DNA of 64,000 nucleotides from Squalus acanthias. Lineage: Eukaryota. The stretch is taken from positions 123,816,001-123,880,000 of the forward strand of contig CM059431.1 of the NCBI GenBank assembly GCA_030390025.1. Reading direction: 5' to 3'. Made by a program: the position numbers and the translations under genes. The notes below the pieces were generated by a model that was not told the DNA's origin, made no database searches, and was given only the letters and a program-made list of their open reading frames with translations. Positions 1 through 13,393 of this stretch are shown piece after piece. Numbering within the stretch: the stretch's first letter is position 1; every line of letters starts with the position of its first letter.

Positions 1-392
1 CCTCTAAAATGAATTTTCCTTGATTGGGTTTGTTAAGCCCGCTCAGCGCGTTTCCCGGCCAATTAGAGGAAGCGGGTCTGGTGACGTCATTTGATGACGC
101 GTCAGCAGCCAGTTTCCTTAAATGCAACATGGCTAAATTTATTTTGACATTTGTGCTGTCAGTGTTCTACAGCATTGAGGTGCTGCAAACACTGACAAGC
201 ACTGCACAGAGGTGCAGGGCTGCACCCAGACTCTCCCATGACTCCCTCCATATGCTTCCAATGGGTGGAAGACGCCTCCCCAGGAGATTAATGCAGCCTG
301 GTTGCACATTGCACAGGAGGGCAAAAGCAGGGATGTGGTCAGGGGGACCTGGGTGCAGTGATGCAAACGTTTCAATGATCTGAGTAGATCAC
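1..392 (+). mobile_element. Harbinger-derived fragment (start of a Myb/SANT-like gene)
   Basis: Reverse-complement similarity to 5450-6000 and 29670-30080. Peptide AAPRLSHDSLHML resembles exon 1 at 56002. Confidence 0.7.
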
Positions 393-2508
393 CATGTGTA
401 CCATCTAAGTTGAATTTGCACCTGCAATTCATTCATTTGTTCCTTATACTCTGTGCGTTTGTATAAAGAACACTTATTTTAGCCACACTCCCCAACCTGT
501 CCATCTGCTCTAATGTTGTTTTTCTCACACATTTCTTATTTCTCTCTCCTGATTTAATTACTTTACATCATCTAGTTTTCTCTTTACCGGTAGTGCCTAA
601 AGCACAATTTTTGACTATTACTCTACTCTCTTCCCTTTTGTTTGTTTTAGAATTATTATTTATGCTACCTTTTCCACCTGAGCTCACCCATCGCCCCATT
701 TACTGGTTTAAAGTCCTTGTGACCCCCCATTCATCCTTTCCGGTAGAACCTTGGTTGCAGCCCAGTTCATTATCCCCTTTCCTATACCTTTAGGTATATG
801 TAACAACTGAAGCTATATTCCAGATCAAACTCCTGCTGCTTTCAGTAATGCTACTTAGTAGGTTCAAATACCTAATTTATAAATGATCATTTCACCAATT
901 TAACTATGATCATGTCATACCTTGTACAAGGGTGAAACAGCTAAATCCAGTGACAATTAATTTTTTCAAGGCAGAAAGTTTTTGAAATCGTCAGAATCAA
1001 GACACAATTCTAATCTCTAATACAATCTATAATTAACTGAACTTGTGATCTAACAAAGTACAAAACCAACAGGTCATCAGCAATCTTGGCTACTGACATT
1101 CCTTACCCAATGCAAGCAGTATGGCCGTGATATTTTTCATCTATTTACCTGCAAACTTTGTGACAAACTTAAGCTCAAGATCCATTTGACAGAGATTCCA
1201 TTGTAGCCCTTTTCTCTCATTAGCAACCTACTTGGAGGGTGAAATTCTAAAGCTGTTTTCTTGCTGGAAAAATAAACCTTGCAGGGGAAAACTGCTGAAC
1301 CATTTTGTTTTGTAAAACAATACAAAATATTAGAATTTTAGCTAGATGATGCATGGTTTGCAACTGGTGTCTCCATGTGAAAAGATCAGTTATTTTTGAA
1401 CTCTTAATCCAGCTTTTAACGATTTGACGATTTTCCTCCCCTTCCACTGTTTAGTTCAACAATCAGGAATGGCAAGATACCCCTTCAAGTACTGTTTGTA
1501 TGGCATTCTCTGTATGCCTGTGCTCTGTTCTTGTGATTTTGAGTGAGGCCTCTTCAAAAGAACTCCAGGGCTTGAAATTGCTAGGCCTTCCTCCTCTACA
1601 GATTTGCTCTTTCCTATTATGTGCCACTTTCTGTTGTAGCAGTGTTGAGATGTGAAAGTTTGAAGTGTATATACAGAGACAGCCAAGTGTCTATTCTGAA
1701 TCCTAGTACATGTGTCAGTAGATGAACATGCACCACACAGTTGGGTTTTCTTGGAAGGCGGCTTTGTGGGCACGAATTTATGGATGTAAGCGCTATAACA
1801 GTGGAAGCATACCCTGCTGATAGAATAAGTTTGTCTGAAGGTTTTGCATGTGGCTGCAATCAAGGTGCAACTGGCTGAAGTCACCCACTTTGGCCCTGAA
1901 AATCTATAGCCCTTCCAGCACACACCATGAGTCAGGCAGGGGTTCAGTTCTAGACCAGGACTCAGATATGCCAGCTCCTGACCTCTATGCAGAGTTTCCC
2001 GTCTATCCCAAACATGATTTCCTACATCCGAGAGTACATGGCTATGTGAAAGGGACTCCCAGGCCTGGAATTTCATTGGGCTATGCCTGGTAGAAGAATA
2101 GTGGCAGGTATGCCAGGTGAAAGGAGACATACCAATCATTGGAGCTGTGCAAACAGGTTCCGCCTGGAGGGCCTGGCCTGGGTTTTGGGCTGGAGCCCTG
2201 AATAAAAACTCAGTAAATATTTATTCCATAATAAAGGGGTCACCAGGGTATCAGAGGACACATTTTGGAGGGTGGAGTAACACCCCCGGAAGTGATCATC
2301 CTTTGGCATATTTTACAATCTCCCTGGACTGGTGGGCACTTGAGATGCACTCATACCGATGTGGGCGCCTGCTATTCTACAGGGATCCTCTAGAGAGTCC
2401 AGTGGGGTTATCAATGGATGATCCCTGCAGGTGTATCCCAGCATAAGTACTGGGAAATTGGACCCACAAAAATTTGGGGCCTTTGTGGAATGCACGTTTT
2501 GCCCATAA

Positions 2509-3310
2509 GAACATAAGAATTAGGAGCAGGAGTAGGCCATACGGTCCTTCCAGTCTGCTCCGCCATTCAATAAGATTCTGGCTGATTTTCAACCTCAACT
2601 CCATTTTCCCGCCCGATCCCATATTCCTTGATTCCCCTAGAGTCCAAAAATTTATCTATCGCAGCCTTGAATATATTCAACGACTCAGCATCCACAGCCC
2701 TTTGGGGTAGAGAATTCCAAAGATTCACAACCCTCTGAATGAAGAAATTCTACTTCATCTCAGTCTTAAATGGCCGACCCCTCATCCTGAGACTATGCCC
2801 CCTAGTTCTAGACTCTCAAGCCAGGGGAAACAATCTCTCAGCATCTACCCTGTCAATCCCCCTCAGAATCTTACCTGTTTCAATTAGATCACCTCTCATT
2901 CTTCTAAACTCCAGAGAGTATAGGCCCAATCTACTCAATCACAGAATCACAGAATCCCCACAGTGCAGATAGAGGCCATTTCGGCCCATCGAGCCTGCAC
3001 CGACACATATCCCCACCCTATCCCCGTAACCCCACGTATTTAATCCCCCTAACACTAAGGGTCAATTTATCATAGCCAAATCAACCTAACCTGCACATCT
3101 TTGGACTGTGGGAGGAAACCGGAGCACCCGGAGGAAACCCACGCAGACATGGGGAGAATGTGCAAACTCCACACAGACAGTCACCCGAGGCCGGATTCGA
3201 ACCCGGGTTTCTGGCGCTGTGAGGCAACAGTGCTAACCACTATGCCACCGTGTTGCCTCATAGGACAACCCTCTCATCTCAGGGATCAATCTAGTGAACC
3301 ATCGCCAAGG
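2509..3310 (-). mobile_element. CR1-type LINE 3' fragment interrupted by a SINE
   Basis: (ATAAGAAC)n tail and 3' end shared with the other CR1 copies in the window. Confidence 0.85.
2938..3257 (-). mobile_element. tRNA-derived SINE (HE1/V-SINE-like)
   Basis: Minus-strand A box TGGCATAGTGG and B box GGTTCGAATCC, a central GGAGGAAACCGGAGCACCCGGAGGAAACCCAC motif, and a LINE-like tail. Confidence 0.85.
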
Positions 3311-3909
3311 TAGTGGGATATTTGGTCTGGACTTACCCTGCCAGATTTTTGGAAGCAACCAAATTTCTTTTTAAACTGATTGTTGGGCACAGCATTCACC
3401 CTTTGTACCATATCCTTCAACACATTCCAAAATGGATAGCTCATTGAAATCATTAGCACAATGTGTGACAGCATTGAAGAATGCTTTATGATCTGAGAAA
3501 TGCCTAACCAGAGAGAAAGAACATGGCCTAAAGATCTAATATGACGGGCAGCGAGCGCGTGCTCATTCCATGCCGGAAGTGCGCCACCCATCATCGGGCG
3601 CCTCCATAGATGTCAATGGTGCACGCCGGAATCATTTAAAAGCTTCATTATAATATTTTTAAAAAGTCCTACAATTGTTGTTGGACCAATTTGTGATATT
3701 GTTCTGACCCATCGCTTGACTTGCTACATTATAAACTTACTCAGCAACTCGTGGCAAAAGAGACACTTCTGCAGTGTTATTTAAAGGGCTCATCCACTAC
3801 ATATATTTTAGTTGGTGGTTTGTCCTTTTTTGCAACTGTTTAACATTAATCATTTTTTGCCCATTTTCTGCCTTCTACAACTGACTTCTGACTTCTGGTA
3901 AGAACCTCA

Positions 3910-4205
3910 TGCTGGTGTTGGACTGCTTTTGTTTCTAATCACTAAAGCTTCACTGCAGTCATGGGTGGACTGGAGGATCTGCCTTTGGGGCTGGAGGATG
4001 AGAGGGAGCAGCCAACAAGACAGGACACAGCATGAGCAAATGGGAAAAGAGGAAGGCGGAGAGCCCTGTGAAGGAGACCATACACACAGCGGGTCTGCAG
4101 AGAGTACTTTTAATTCCTCAGCTTCCGTGAGGAACAATTTGTCAGGCACCTGTGCTTCAAGAAGAAGGCTAATACCAGATTGTGTCACCAACTGCAGCTA
4201 CAACA
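3910..4205 (+). pseudogene. Harbinger transposase N-terminal fossil, probably continuing at 8310-8520
   Basis: Degenerate RRPYTQRV...EEQFVRHLCF. The downstream piece reads GFPRVQGAIECTDIAL...FLNRK..TLNVQLVCD. Confidence 0.55.
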
Positions 4206-4217
4206 CATAGGAACGTA

Positions 4218-6094
4218 GGCCGGAATTTTGTTGTGCTCAGTAGGTTGGCAGTTAAATGTGAATTGATTGACAGCGGGTCGGGAACCCGCTGTCAAATCGC
4301 ACACACTTGCTTTTCTCGATGTCGGGTCTGCCAGCACTGATCCAACAGGTAGCGGCGGGGGAACCAATTTAAATGATTAGTGGCTTGTTTACAGCTACTT
4401 AACAATGCTTTTAAACTTGTCTTATGAATTAGACATCTTGCACACGGGTTTCACACTGTTGCTAGACCTCGTCTGTAAAGCTGAGGCGGGAGGTCAGTGG
4501 CCATTGAATCAGCTGATGAGTTGATAGCTTCAAATGTCAAGTGAAAGCTCTCACATTAGAGATATCTTCCCTCAGCCACAAGCTCTCCCTCACTGCATTT
4601 CCACAACAGATTCACCATGCTGCAAGCCTTTACACAAGTCTCCATCCAGTCTGACCTCATTACCTCTCTCACCATTGACAGATCACTTCTGTCATCTCTA
4701 CTTCACCTGCCATCTATTCCATCAGCATGGGTGCCCTTTATACTCTCTCACATTTGTCATCAGAATCCTACCAGGATCAGCCCCAACACCAGCAGTACCA
4801 GGCACACCAGCAGCACCAACAACAACACCAACCTTCTCCACAATCAAGTGATGTTGCACGGGACAGAGGGCATCAGCACCCAACCACATTGCTGCCCGGG
4901 AGGCCAGGGATGGCTTCACCATGGCCAGATTTACTTCACTTGATGCTGTACACCCTGACTGCCACATGATGCGCCAGGTTGGCACCACCCCACACTAACA
5001 CCATAAAGCATCCCTACATTGCCCAAGCCATTCGTTTCACACTCATAACCATTACGGGGATACTGTTATGTCTCACTATTCACTGCAACTCAATAAGCCA
5101 CTTCCAAAGGTGCACACAAATCTGTCCAAGAACGCAAAGTGGTGAAAATAAAGGCTTCAATGTTTGACACCACATTAACAGAAACTTTACATGGACATTG
5201 AATAAAACACCCAAGTGTCTACCCTTGTGTGTTGTTAGTTGATATGATTGCACTCAGATGAGGGTGTGTTTGAGGGGTGGCTAGTGAGATGGGGATGTGA
5301 TAATGTAGATAGAGAGAGAGGGATGGGTGGAGGTACAAGGTAAGTTGGTGTGAGTAAGGATGTGCAGGAGTAAGATAGGGAAGGCAGAGTGATGGGAATG
5401 TTTTGAGAGGCACAGCAGGATGAGGTTGAGTGTGGCTTTGTACTAACATTTCATGATCTACTGAGATCATTGAAATGTTTCCGGGACTGTACCCAGGTCC
5501 TCCTGACCACATCCCTGTTTGTGCCCTTTTCTGCAATGCACAACCGGGCTGTGTTGATCTCCTTGGGGGGTCTCTTCCACCCATGGGAAGAGAAGAGGAC
5601 CTCCCTACTTGCTGTGACTCCCTCCATAAGCATATGGAGGGAGTCATGGGAGAGCCTGGGTGCAGCCCTGTGCCTTTGTGCAGTGATTGTCAGTGTTTGG
5701 AGCACCTCAATGCTGACAACACAAATGTCAAAATAAATTTGAAGTCGCACAACACCAGGTTATAGTCCAACAAATCAAATAAAACTGTTGGACTATAACC
5801 TGGTGTTGTGCGACTTCTCATTTTTTTCCACCCCAGTCCAACACCGGCATCTCCGCATCATGACCAAAATAAATTTGGACATGGTCCCTTTAAGGAAGCC
5901 AGCTGATGATGCATCATCAAATGACGTCACCAGAACCGCTTCCTCTAATTGGACCGGCAAACACACTGGGTGGGCTTAACAAGCCCAATCAAGGGAAATT
6001 CATTTCGGACAGCGGGCTGGAGCCAGCAGCGGGGTCAGGACCGGCCACTGACATCGCCCGCCATGGACATGCCAAGGTCAGCAGAATTGCGGCC
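4218..6094. mobile_element. Non-autonomous Harbinger element
   Basis: TIR GGCCGGAATTTT / GGCCGCAATTCT, TSD GTA/ATA inside a CR1 tail, a Myb-like exon on the minus strand, and homology to 28429-30181. Confidence 0.8.
5742..5864. mobile_element. Penelope-like terminal fragment with inverted repeat
   Basis: About 30-bp inverted repeat; 13-bp duplication CAAAATAAATTTG (5729-5741 / 5865-5877); same family as 11211-11514. Confidence 0.7.
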
Positions 6095-8250
6095 ATAGGA
6101 ACAGGAGTAGGCCATTTAGCCCCTCGAGCCTGTTAGGCCATTCAATGAGATCATGGCTGACCTGTGACCTAACTCCATATACCCGCCTTTGCCCATATCC
6201 TTTAATACCTTTGGTTAACAAAAATCTATCAATCTCAGATTTAAAATTAACAATTGACGTTTGCAGGAGGGAGTTCCAAACTTCTACCACCCTTTGCGCG
6301 TAGTAGTGTTTCTTAACTTCACTCCTGATCTAATTCTAGTTCTGGCTCTAATTTTTATATTATATCCCCTAGTCCTCGACTCCCTAACCAGTGCAAGTAG
6401 TTTATCACTAGCTACCCTATCAGTCCCCCTTAATATAAGAACATAAGAACATAAGAAATAGGAGCAGGAGAAGGCCATACAGCCCTCCTTGCCTGCTCCG
6501 CCATTCAGTTAGATCATGATTTATCGTCAACCTCAACTCCACTTTGCCACCCGATCCCCATATCCCTTGATTCCTTTAGAGTCAATGGCTGAGCATCTAC
6601 AGCCCTCTGGGGTAGACAATTCCAAAGACCAACCCTCTTGAGTGATTAAATTTCTCCTCATCTCAGTCCTAAATAGCATCTCAGCATCTACTCTGTCAAG
6701 CCCTCTCAGAATATTATATGTTTCAATGAGATCACCTCTCATTCTTCTAAACTTCAGAGAGTATAGGCCCATTCTACTCAATCTCTCCTCATTGGACAAC
6801 CTTCTCATCCCAGGCATCAATCTAGCAAACCTTTGTTGCACTGCCTCTAAGGCCATTATATCCATCCTTAGGTACGGAGACCAAAACTGCACACAGTGTT
6901 CCAGGTGTAGTCGCACCAAAGCCCTCTACAGTTGCCGCAAGACTTCATTTTTGGTTCAGCCTTGCAGATTTGAGCTGATATGTTCATATTCTCCAGATAT
7001 TGCCTGTTTTAACAGATTCTGCATAAACTGCCTTTCAACTACAAACATAGGAACATAGGAACAGGAATAGGTCATTCAGCTCCTCAAGTCAGTTCCACCA
7101 TTCAATTAGATCATGGCTGATTTGCACCTCAACTCCATTCAGCCAGCTTTGCTCCATATCCCCTAATAACCTTACCTAACCAAAAACTACCTATCTCAGT
7201 TTTGAATTTTTCAATTGACCTAGCCTCAACAGCTTTTTGTGGGAGAGAGTTTAGGATTACCACTACCTTAGTGTGAAGAAGTGCTTCCTGACATCATCCC
7301 TGAATGGCTCAGCTCTAATCTTAAGGTTATGTTCCCTTGTTCTAGACTCCCCCACGAGAGGAAAGAGTTTCTCTCTATCTACCCTATCAAATTCTTTAAT
7401 CATCATAAAACCTTAATTAGATCAACCCTTAATCTTTTATACTCAAGGGAATACAAGCCTACTCTATGCAACTTGTCCTCATAATTTAAACATTTAAGCC
7501 CCGGTATCATTCTGGTTAATCTACGATGCACCCCATCCAAGGCCAATATATCCTTCCTGAGGTGTGGTGCCCAGAGCTGAATGCAGTACTCCAGATGTGG
7601 TCTAACCAGAGCTTTGTACAACTGTAAAGTAACTTCCACCCCTATGTATTCCAGCCCTCTTGAGACAAAGGCTAACATTCCATTAGCCTTTTAATTATTT
7701 TTTGTGCCTGTCCACCAGCTTTTAGTGATTTCTGTGCACCGACCCATAAATATTTCTGTTCCTCCACAATTCCTAGCTTCTTAGTTTTAGAAAATACTCT
7801 AACCTATCTTTCTTAAGTCCAAAGTGGATGATCTCACACTTCTCCAAATTGAAATCTATTTTGCCACAGTTTTGCCCACTCATTTAATTTACCACCTAAT
7901 TTAGTGTCATTAGCAAACTTGAGTATATGGTTCTCTGTTCCACCATATGAGTCATTGCTAAATACAGTGAAAAGCTGAGGCGGCAGTATAGATCTCTGCG
8001 AGACACCACTAGTCACATCCTGCCAAATTGAGTACATACCCAATATCCCTATGCTCTGTCTCCCAGCTTCTAACCAATTCCTTACCCATGTCAATAGGTT
8101 GCCTCCAATTCCATGCACTTTCATTTTTGCTAACAGATGCTTGTGTGGAACCTTATTGAATGCCTTCTGGAAGTCCATATAAATAAAATCCATAGACACT
8201 CCCTTATCTACCAAGTTAGCAATCTCCTCAAAAAATTCAACTACGTTACA
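6095..8250 (-). mobile_element. Three stacked CR1-type LINE 3' fragments (about 6095-6430, 6435-6945, 7045-8250)
   Basis: Three tails; ORF2 peptides [25 protein letters not shown] and FANDTKLGG. Confidence 0.88.
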
Positions 8251-8309
8251 ACATAAAATGGTTTCTTTAATAAAACCGTTTTTGCTAGTTTTCCTAAGAG
8301 AAGCAGGAT

Positions 8310-8520
8310 GAGAGAGCACTAGGCTTCGCTCACATTGTAGGCTTTCCCAGGGTGCAAGGTGCCATTGAGTGCACCGATATTGCCTTGCATGCTCCCCATC
8401 ACCAGCTTGGCATCTTTCTTAATAGAAAGTTATTCATCACCCTCAATGTCCAGCTTGTTTGCGACCATAGACAGCGCATTATGCAGGTCTGTGCCTGGTT
8501 TCATGTAGCAATCATGAGCA
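8310..8520 (+). pseudogene. Harbinger (HARBI1-like) DDE transposase fragment
   Basis: QGAIECTDIALHAP...NRK...LNVQLVCDH motif. Confidence 0.75.
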
Positions 8521-11210
8521 GTATGAAGAGGGGGAAGAGCTAGCTGCCCACACTCTTACAAAGCAGCTCATCCAAGAGCGCTTCACTTGAACCATCCCTC
8601 CCATCCCCATTACACCAACAGTCCTGCTGATGACAGTGTAAATCACTTGATGCAGGAAGTAACTAGAATAGGGTGGTATTTTCTCCTCTGCATGGCCATA
8701 AGGCCAGCAAGATAGTGGACAGAAAAGCTTAGCAGGAGGTGACCAAAGCCATAAAAGTGGAAAATTATCTCCAGAGGATCTGCCTGCCAGAAAGGAAGAA
8801 ATTTAAAGGGCTAAACAGAAGGGGAAAGGTAAGCCATGCACATCACTGTATTCTGACACTACTCTTACCAGTATGCTCTGTAACCTACAAAACATGATTT
8901 TTTTTACTTTAGCCAGCCCTTCCAGTGGATGCCCATTACATTAGTACATTTAGCACTAAGTCCCTTCACTAGACCACCTTCATTCTACACAAGCATGGTC
9001 AAGATAATCCGCTGTCAATATCTTTCAAAACCATCCCCTGCATGCTTCACTTTTCCAACTGTGCAATCCTTAAGGAGATCCTTTCATATCTTGCATAAAG
9101 TTTTTGATTTCTAATTAATGTCTGCTTCTGTTTTGCAAAAGACAGATGTCTGCCACATACAGTCTCAGTCCAGAAGATCATCCCATTTGAGGAACATGCC
9201 CTCCATCTGCAGGGCAGGTACTTGGAAGAAGAGGCTGGGAATCTGAAAGCAGGAGTCATGCTTCTGGCTCAGTGTTGGTACCACACTGCTTCAACCTTCC
9301 ACACTGCAGCCTATTCAATCACACAATAACTAATCCATGAATCAACACACTGCTACAGTTTAATCCCAGCTGCTTGTTAACCACTGATGTCTGCTAATTG
9401 TAACAGCTCATAACAGATTCTCCTTTTTATGTCTCTGTAGGTATAGCAGCAGGACCTGTTCTGGGATCCTCACAAGTCCAGATTTCCATTATGTACCTCA
9501 CTACATCATCTCAATTTATCAAGCACCAGTCCATCCAATCTGGGGGATTTAGCTAGTCATCTTGAGGGTGGCATTATAGATGAAGCACAGAGCACAGGTG
9601 AGCAGGGGGATGTGGGCAAGGAGGAAGAGGAAGCATCTTGCAGTGAGGGTAGTTCACCTCCATTGACAGCTGTTGGTAACAAGGATCTAGCTCTCTGGTG
9701 CCCATCTTTAAAAGAAGGATGCTCTTAGAGCACAAAGTGTTGTTGCAGTTATTGAGAGTCTTGCCTAGCAACATTCAACATATAACAGCAAGTGTGGAGA
9801 AGTTTACAGCCTGCATGTATGTTGGGGAGGGGAGGAGGGGGCAAGCCATTGAAAGCATGTATTCAGCCTTAGAATGGGTGGTAGCTCCAGGGCCCATCTG
9901 CAGCACAGACCCTGCAGAGGCCATACAGCCAGTCTGAGTACCTCTCGCAGATGCTCAAATTGCTGCAATTAAGGCTTTGGGCTGAAATGTCACTTCCGCA
10001 ATGGACAAGCTTACTGATAAGCTTGGACATATGAGATTTCTTTATTTTAAATGTATTTGGGCAATGCTGGTAAGGTTGCATTTATTGTGCATCCTTTGGT
10101 TGCCCTGAAAAGGTGGTGGTGGGCCTTCTCCTTGAACTGCTGCAGTCCTTGTGGTGATGGTGTTCCCATGACAGTGTTAAGTGGAGAAACTTTCTCTTAT
10201 TATTCTGTTTAGCAGCAGTTGTTTTACAACAGCGTGATTGCTAAGCTACTTCAGAGAGCATTAAGAGTTAACATATATAGATTAGATTGAGTAGGGGTGG
10301 CAGGTTCCCTTCCTGCAAGGACATTAGTAAACCAGTTGGGATTTTACAACAATCCAGCATCTTTCATAGCAATTTTCGAGCACTATCCCACAATTTACCA
10401 GATTTATTGAATTCAATTTCACAACTTGCCATGACGGGATTTGAGTTATTAGTCAGTACTAGAACCATTCGAATCACTGCTGTGATGGCATCTGCTCACT
10501 CATAGATTAGTGACAACTGTGACATGGAGGCCAGGAGTAGGGGCCACCAGAGTTGTGAATAGCTGATGTTACTATTTCTCCTAATGGCAACACAACTCAC
10601 AGCAGGTCCCCTCTCTCTCCTCTCCAATGAATGTCCAGGAAGCTGAAGTTTGAGCGCCACTTTGATACCAGGAGCCTCTCACTGACATCCAGCTACCAAC
10701 CACCTGCCTGACTCCTACCACAGGACAAGCAGAGAGAAGTGTAGTTAGGATAGCCCAAGTTATTGAGTGATAAGAGGGTTAAGCACTATGGGAGAAGCCA
10801 CTAATTTGAGGCACATTTTTGTTTTTGAGCAATTAATATAGATATAATACTGAATGCTTTGTGCAGTTTCACTTTGCTTTGTGAGGCTGAGGTGACTCAG
10901 CATTGTACTGGAGTATCTGACCTGATCTGTCTAGGCAGCGGGAGCACTGTTCAGAATGCCAATGATTTGCTCAATGCATATCAGGTGGAAGCATCAGCTT
11001 CATTGGACTTTTGCTCTACCAGCGTTGCAGCCTGGTGCAGAAGGTTTTCACATTGATTTGTGAGGCTTGGGGTGAATGGTTCTGTTGGAGAGGGCGCTCA
11101 TGGTAATTGTGTGGATTATTTGGGATTGCGTGAAATTTTCAAGATGGTGGGAGGTGAGAAACTTGTTTGTCTTGTGGGGAGCTCAATAGAATGCTTCCTT
11201 AATTATTCTT

Positions 11211-11514
11211 GTGAGAAGTCGCACAACACCAGGTTATAGTCCAACAGCTTTATTTGAAATCACAAGCTTTTGGAGCGCTGCTCCTTCGTCAGGTGATGTG
11301 AAGAAATACATATGGGCACAGCATAAATAGTCGTCTGGCATTGTTCTCTGACTATTTATGCTGCGCCCATATGTATTTCTTCACTTCACCTGACGAAGGA
11401 GCAGCGCTCCGAAAGCTTGTGATTTCAAATAAAGCTGTTGGACTATAACCTGGTGTTGTGCGACTTCTCACTTTTGTCCACCCCAGTCCAACACCGGCAT
11501 CTCCGCATCATGTC
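11211..11514. mobile_element. Penelope-like element end with a 122-bp inverted repeat and hammerhead-like core
   Basis: Arms 11211-11332 and 11350-11471, TSD AATTATTCTT(G), and a CTGACGA...GAAA motif. Confidence 0.75.
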
Positions 11515-12188
11515 AATTATTCTTGGTCAAGTTGTTGTAACAGATAATAATGACACAGTTGCTGCTGACATCTCTGTCTCTTTAGGCTCCTCTGGCATCT
11601 TCTTTACATCTTTGAAGGACCCCTCAAGGTGAATGCCCCTCTCTGTTGTGAAGAATGCAGCAAGTGACAATAATTCTGGAGACTTTTTCAGCATTGTACT
11701 GGAGGATCTGACCTGCTCTGTCTAGGCAGCGGGAGCACTGTTTCAGTATGCCAATGATTTGCTCAATGCATATCGGGTGGAAGGATGGGCTTCATTTGCT
11801 CTACCATCGTTGCAGCCTAGTGCAGAAGGGTTATGAATCAGGGCAATTGAGAGTAACCCTGGTCCCCCATTAGCCAGCCCATCACTCTCTAGTTGTCAAT
11901 CAATAATGGGGCATAGTGGATTGCCTCAAAGGTGTTGTGGGAGCTGTGAGGGAATTTGGCATTCAAATGCACAATCTTGTGGTGGTGGTCATAAACTAGG
12001 TCTGCATTAACAGAGTAAAATCCCTTATGATTCATGAAAGAGGCACTCCTCGTTGCAGGTGCACATAGGGCTACATGTGTGCTTTCTATCATCCCCTGCA
12101 CCTTTGGAAATCCAAACTTGCAAAGGTAGTCCAATGCTTAGGACTATTGCTCCATGAGCTCCCATTGGAAAGTGAATGTATTGGTTGA

Positions 12189-13012
12189 TGTTAGAACTTG
12201 CTTCTGTGTCAGGTGTCCCATCATATCTCTAGGCCATTGTCCGATTAGGATATGTAGTATTGGAGATTAGTCAGAACAATGGAAGTAGCAACTAGCAGAC
12301 ATGTTGGCTACATCCCACGTGAGATCCGAGTATTAGGTATTGGCCAGAACAATGGAAGCACCCATTTAGTATCACATTAACTATCTGGGATTGTCTAGGT
12401 AGTCCTGTTCCTTTTGTAATATTAAGGTTGCATGTCAGGTTGAACTGATTAACAGTCAAACCATCAAGATGGCTATTATGTTAAGTCTGGAGGTTTGACG
12501 AGAAGGAACCTCGCTTCAATATACATTCTAGGCATCATGTGATATGACTCACAAAAAAAGGGGGATACAAAGAACAGGTAACAGCCATCTTGAGTTAGAG
12601 CTCACGGGACGGTCGGAAGTCGAACACCTATGGAGGCCAAGTTTGATCACCTTGGGTCTGCAGGAAACCAGGTTGTATGGGTCTATTGTATAACCGTAAT
12701 AGTTATTATACTATTGGTAGCAAAATACTGCGGATGCTGGAAATCTGAAATAACAACAGAAAACGCTGGAAAAACTCAGCAGGCCAGGCAGCATTCTCTC
12801 TCCACGGATGCTGCCTGGCCTGCTGAGTTTTTCCAGCGTTTTCTGTTGTTATTTCTCTCTCCACGGATGCTGCCTGGCCTGCTGAGTTTTTCCAGCGTTT
12901 TCTGTTGTTATTTTATACTATTGGTGTCTGAGTAATAAACTTGCATTTGGACAATACGCTCGAGCCTGAATCACGAGGAATCATTATATTCAGTTTAAGA
13001 GATTTCCTTACA
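12189..13012 (+). mobile_element. Solo LTR of a different LTR element
   Basis: TGTTAG...CTTACA termini, 5-bp TSD GTTGA/GTTGG and AATAAA near 12934. Removing it restores the transposase reading KAN-QYIHFP. Confidence 0.75.
12719..12912. mobile_element. Short Penelope-like insertion with inverted and tandem copies of its end
   Basis: 13-bp TSD TTATACTATTGGT (12706-12718 / 12913-12925). Family assignment is inferred. Confidence 0.6.
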
Positions 13013-13393
13013 GTTGGCTTTGGCGAACAGTGCATCGGCTTGCTTAATGCATCAATGCGGTGGCGACCGACTAATGTTGGCAATGTTCCCAGTCGTCCTT
13101 TGGAAGCTCCTGTGAAATTCTAGGGTATAGTGACTTTTACTGCTACTAGTTGCACCTGTTAACTCTGTAGTGTGACTGCAGGTAATCCCCCATCAGGGTC
13201 ACAAAGCCTCTGGATTATCTGTCTGTCGAACTGGAGCCAGCAAAGGCACTGGTCAGCCATGAGGTATAAAAGAATTCTCCTTGGCCGATATATTCTACCC
13301 ACGTGGTAATGACATAAAGGTGTCCTCCTCCTTTGCCTCTCTGGCATCCCACATGACCCTATGCCTGCCCTCCTTTTCCTCCTCTTCCTCTAA

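Larger units (their letters stand above)
8630..13393. mobile_element. Degraded autonomous Harbinger: Myb-like gene remnant on +, transposase remnant on -; probably resumes after 26100
   Basis: Minus-strand GFPKVQGMIESTHVAL...FMNHKGFYSVN (11889-12134) and ALFAKA/NQYIHFP split by a solo LTR; a Myb-like exon ending GGAAAG|GTAAG near 8828. Boundaries approximate. Confidence 0.55.

Noticed and set aside
1456..2139. 227-aa minus-strand ORF
   Set aside because: No recognisable domain or splice structure; possibly a decayed retroelement, but unsupported.
12780..12912. CRISPR-like or regulatory direct repeat
   Set aside because: Only two adjacent copies with no spacers, inside a TSD-bounded retroelement fragment.
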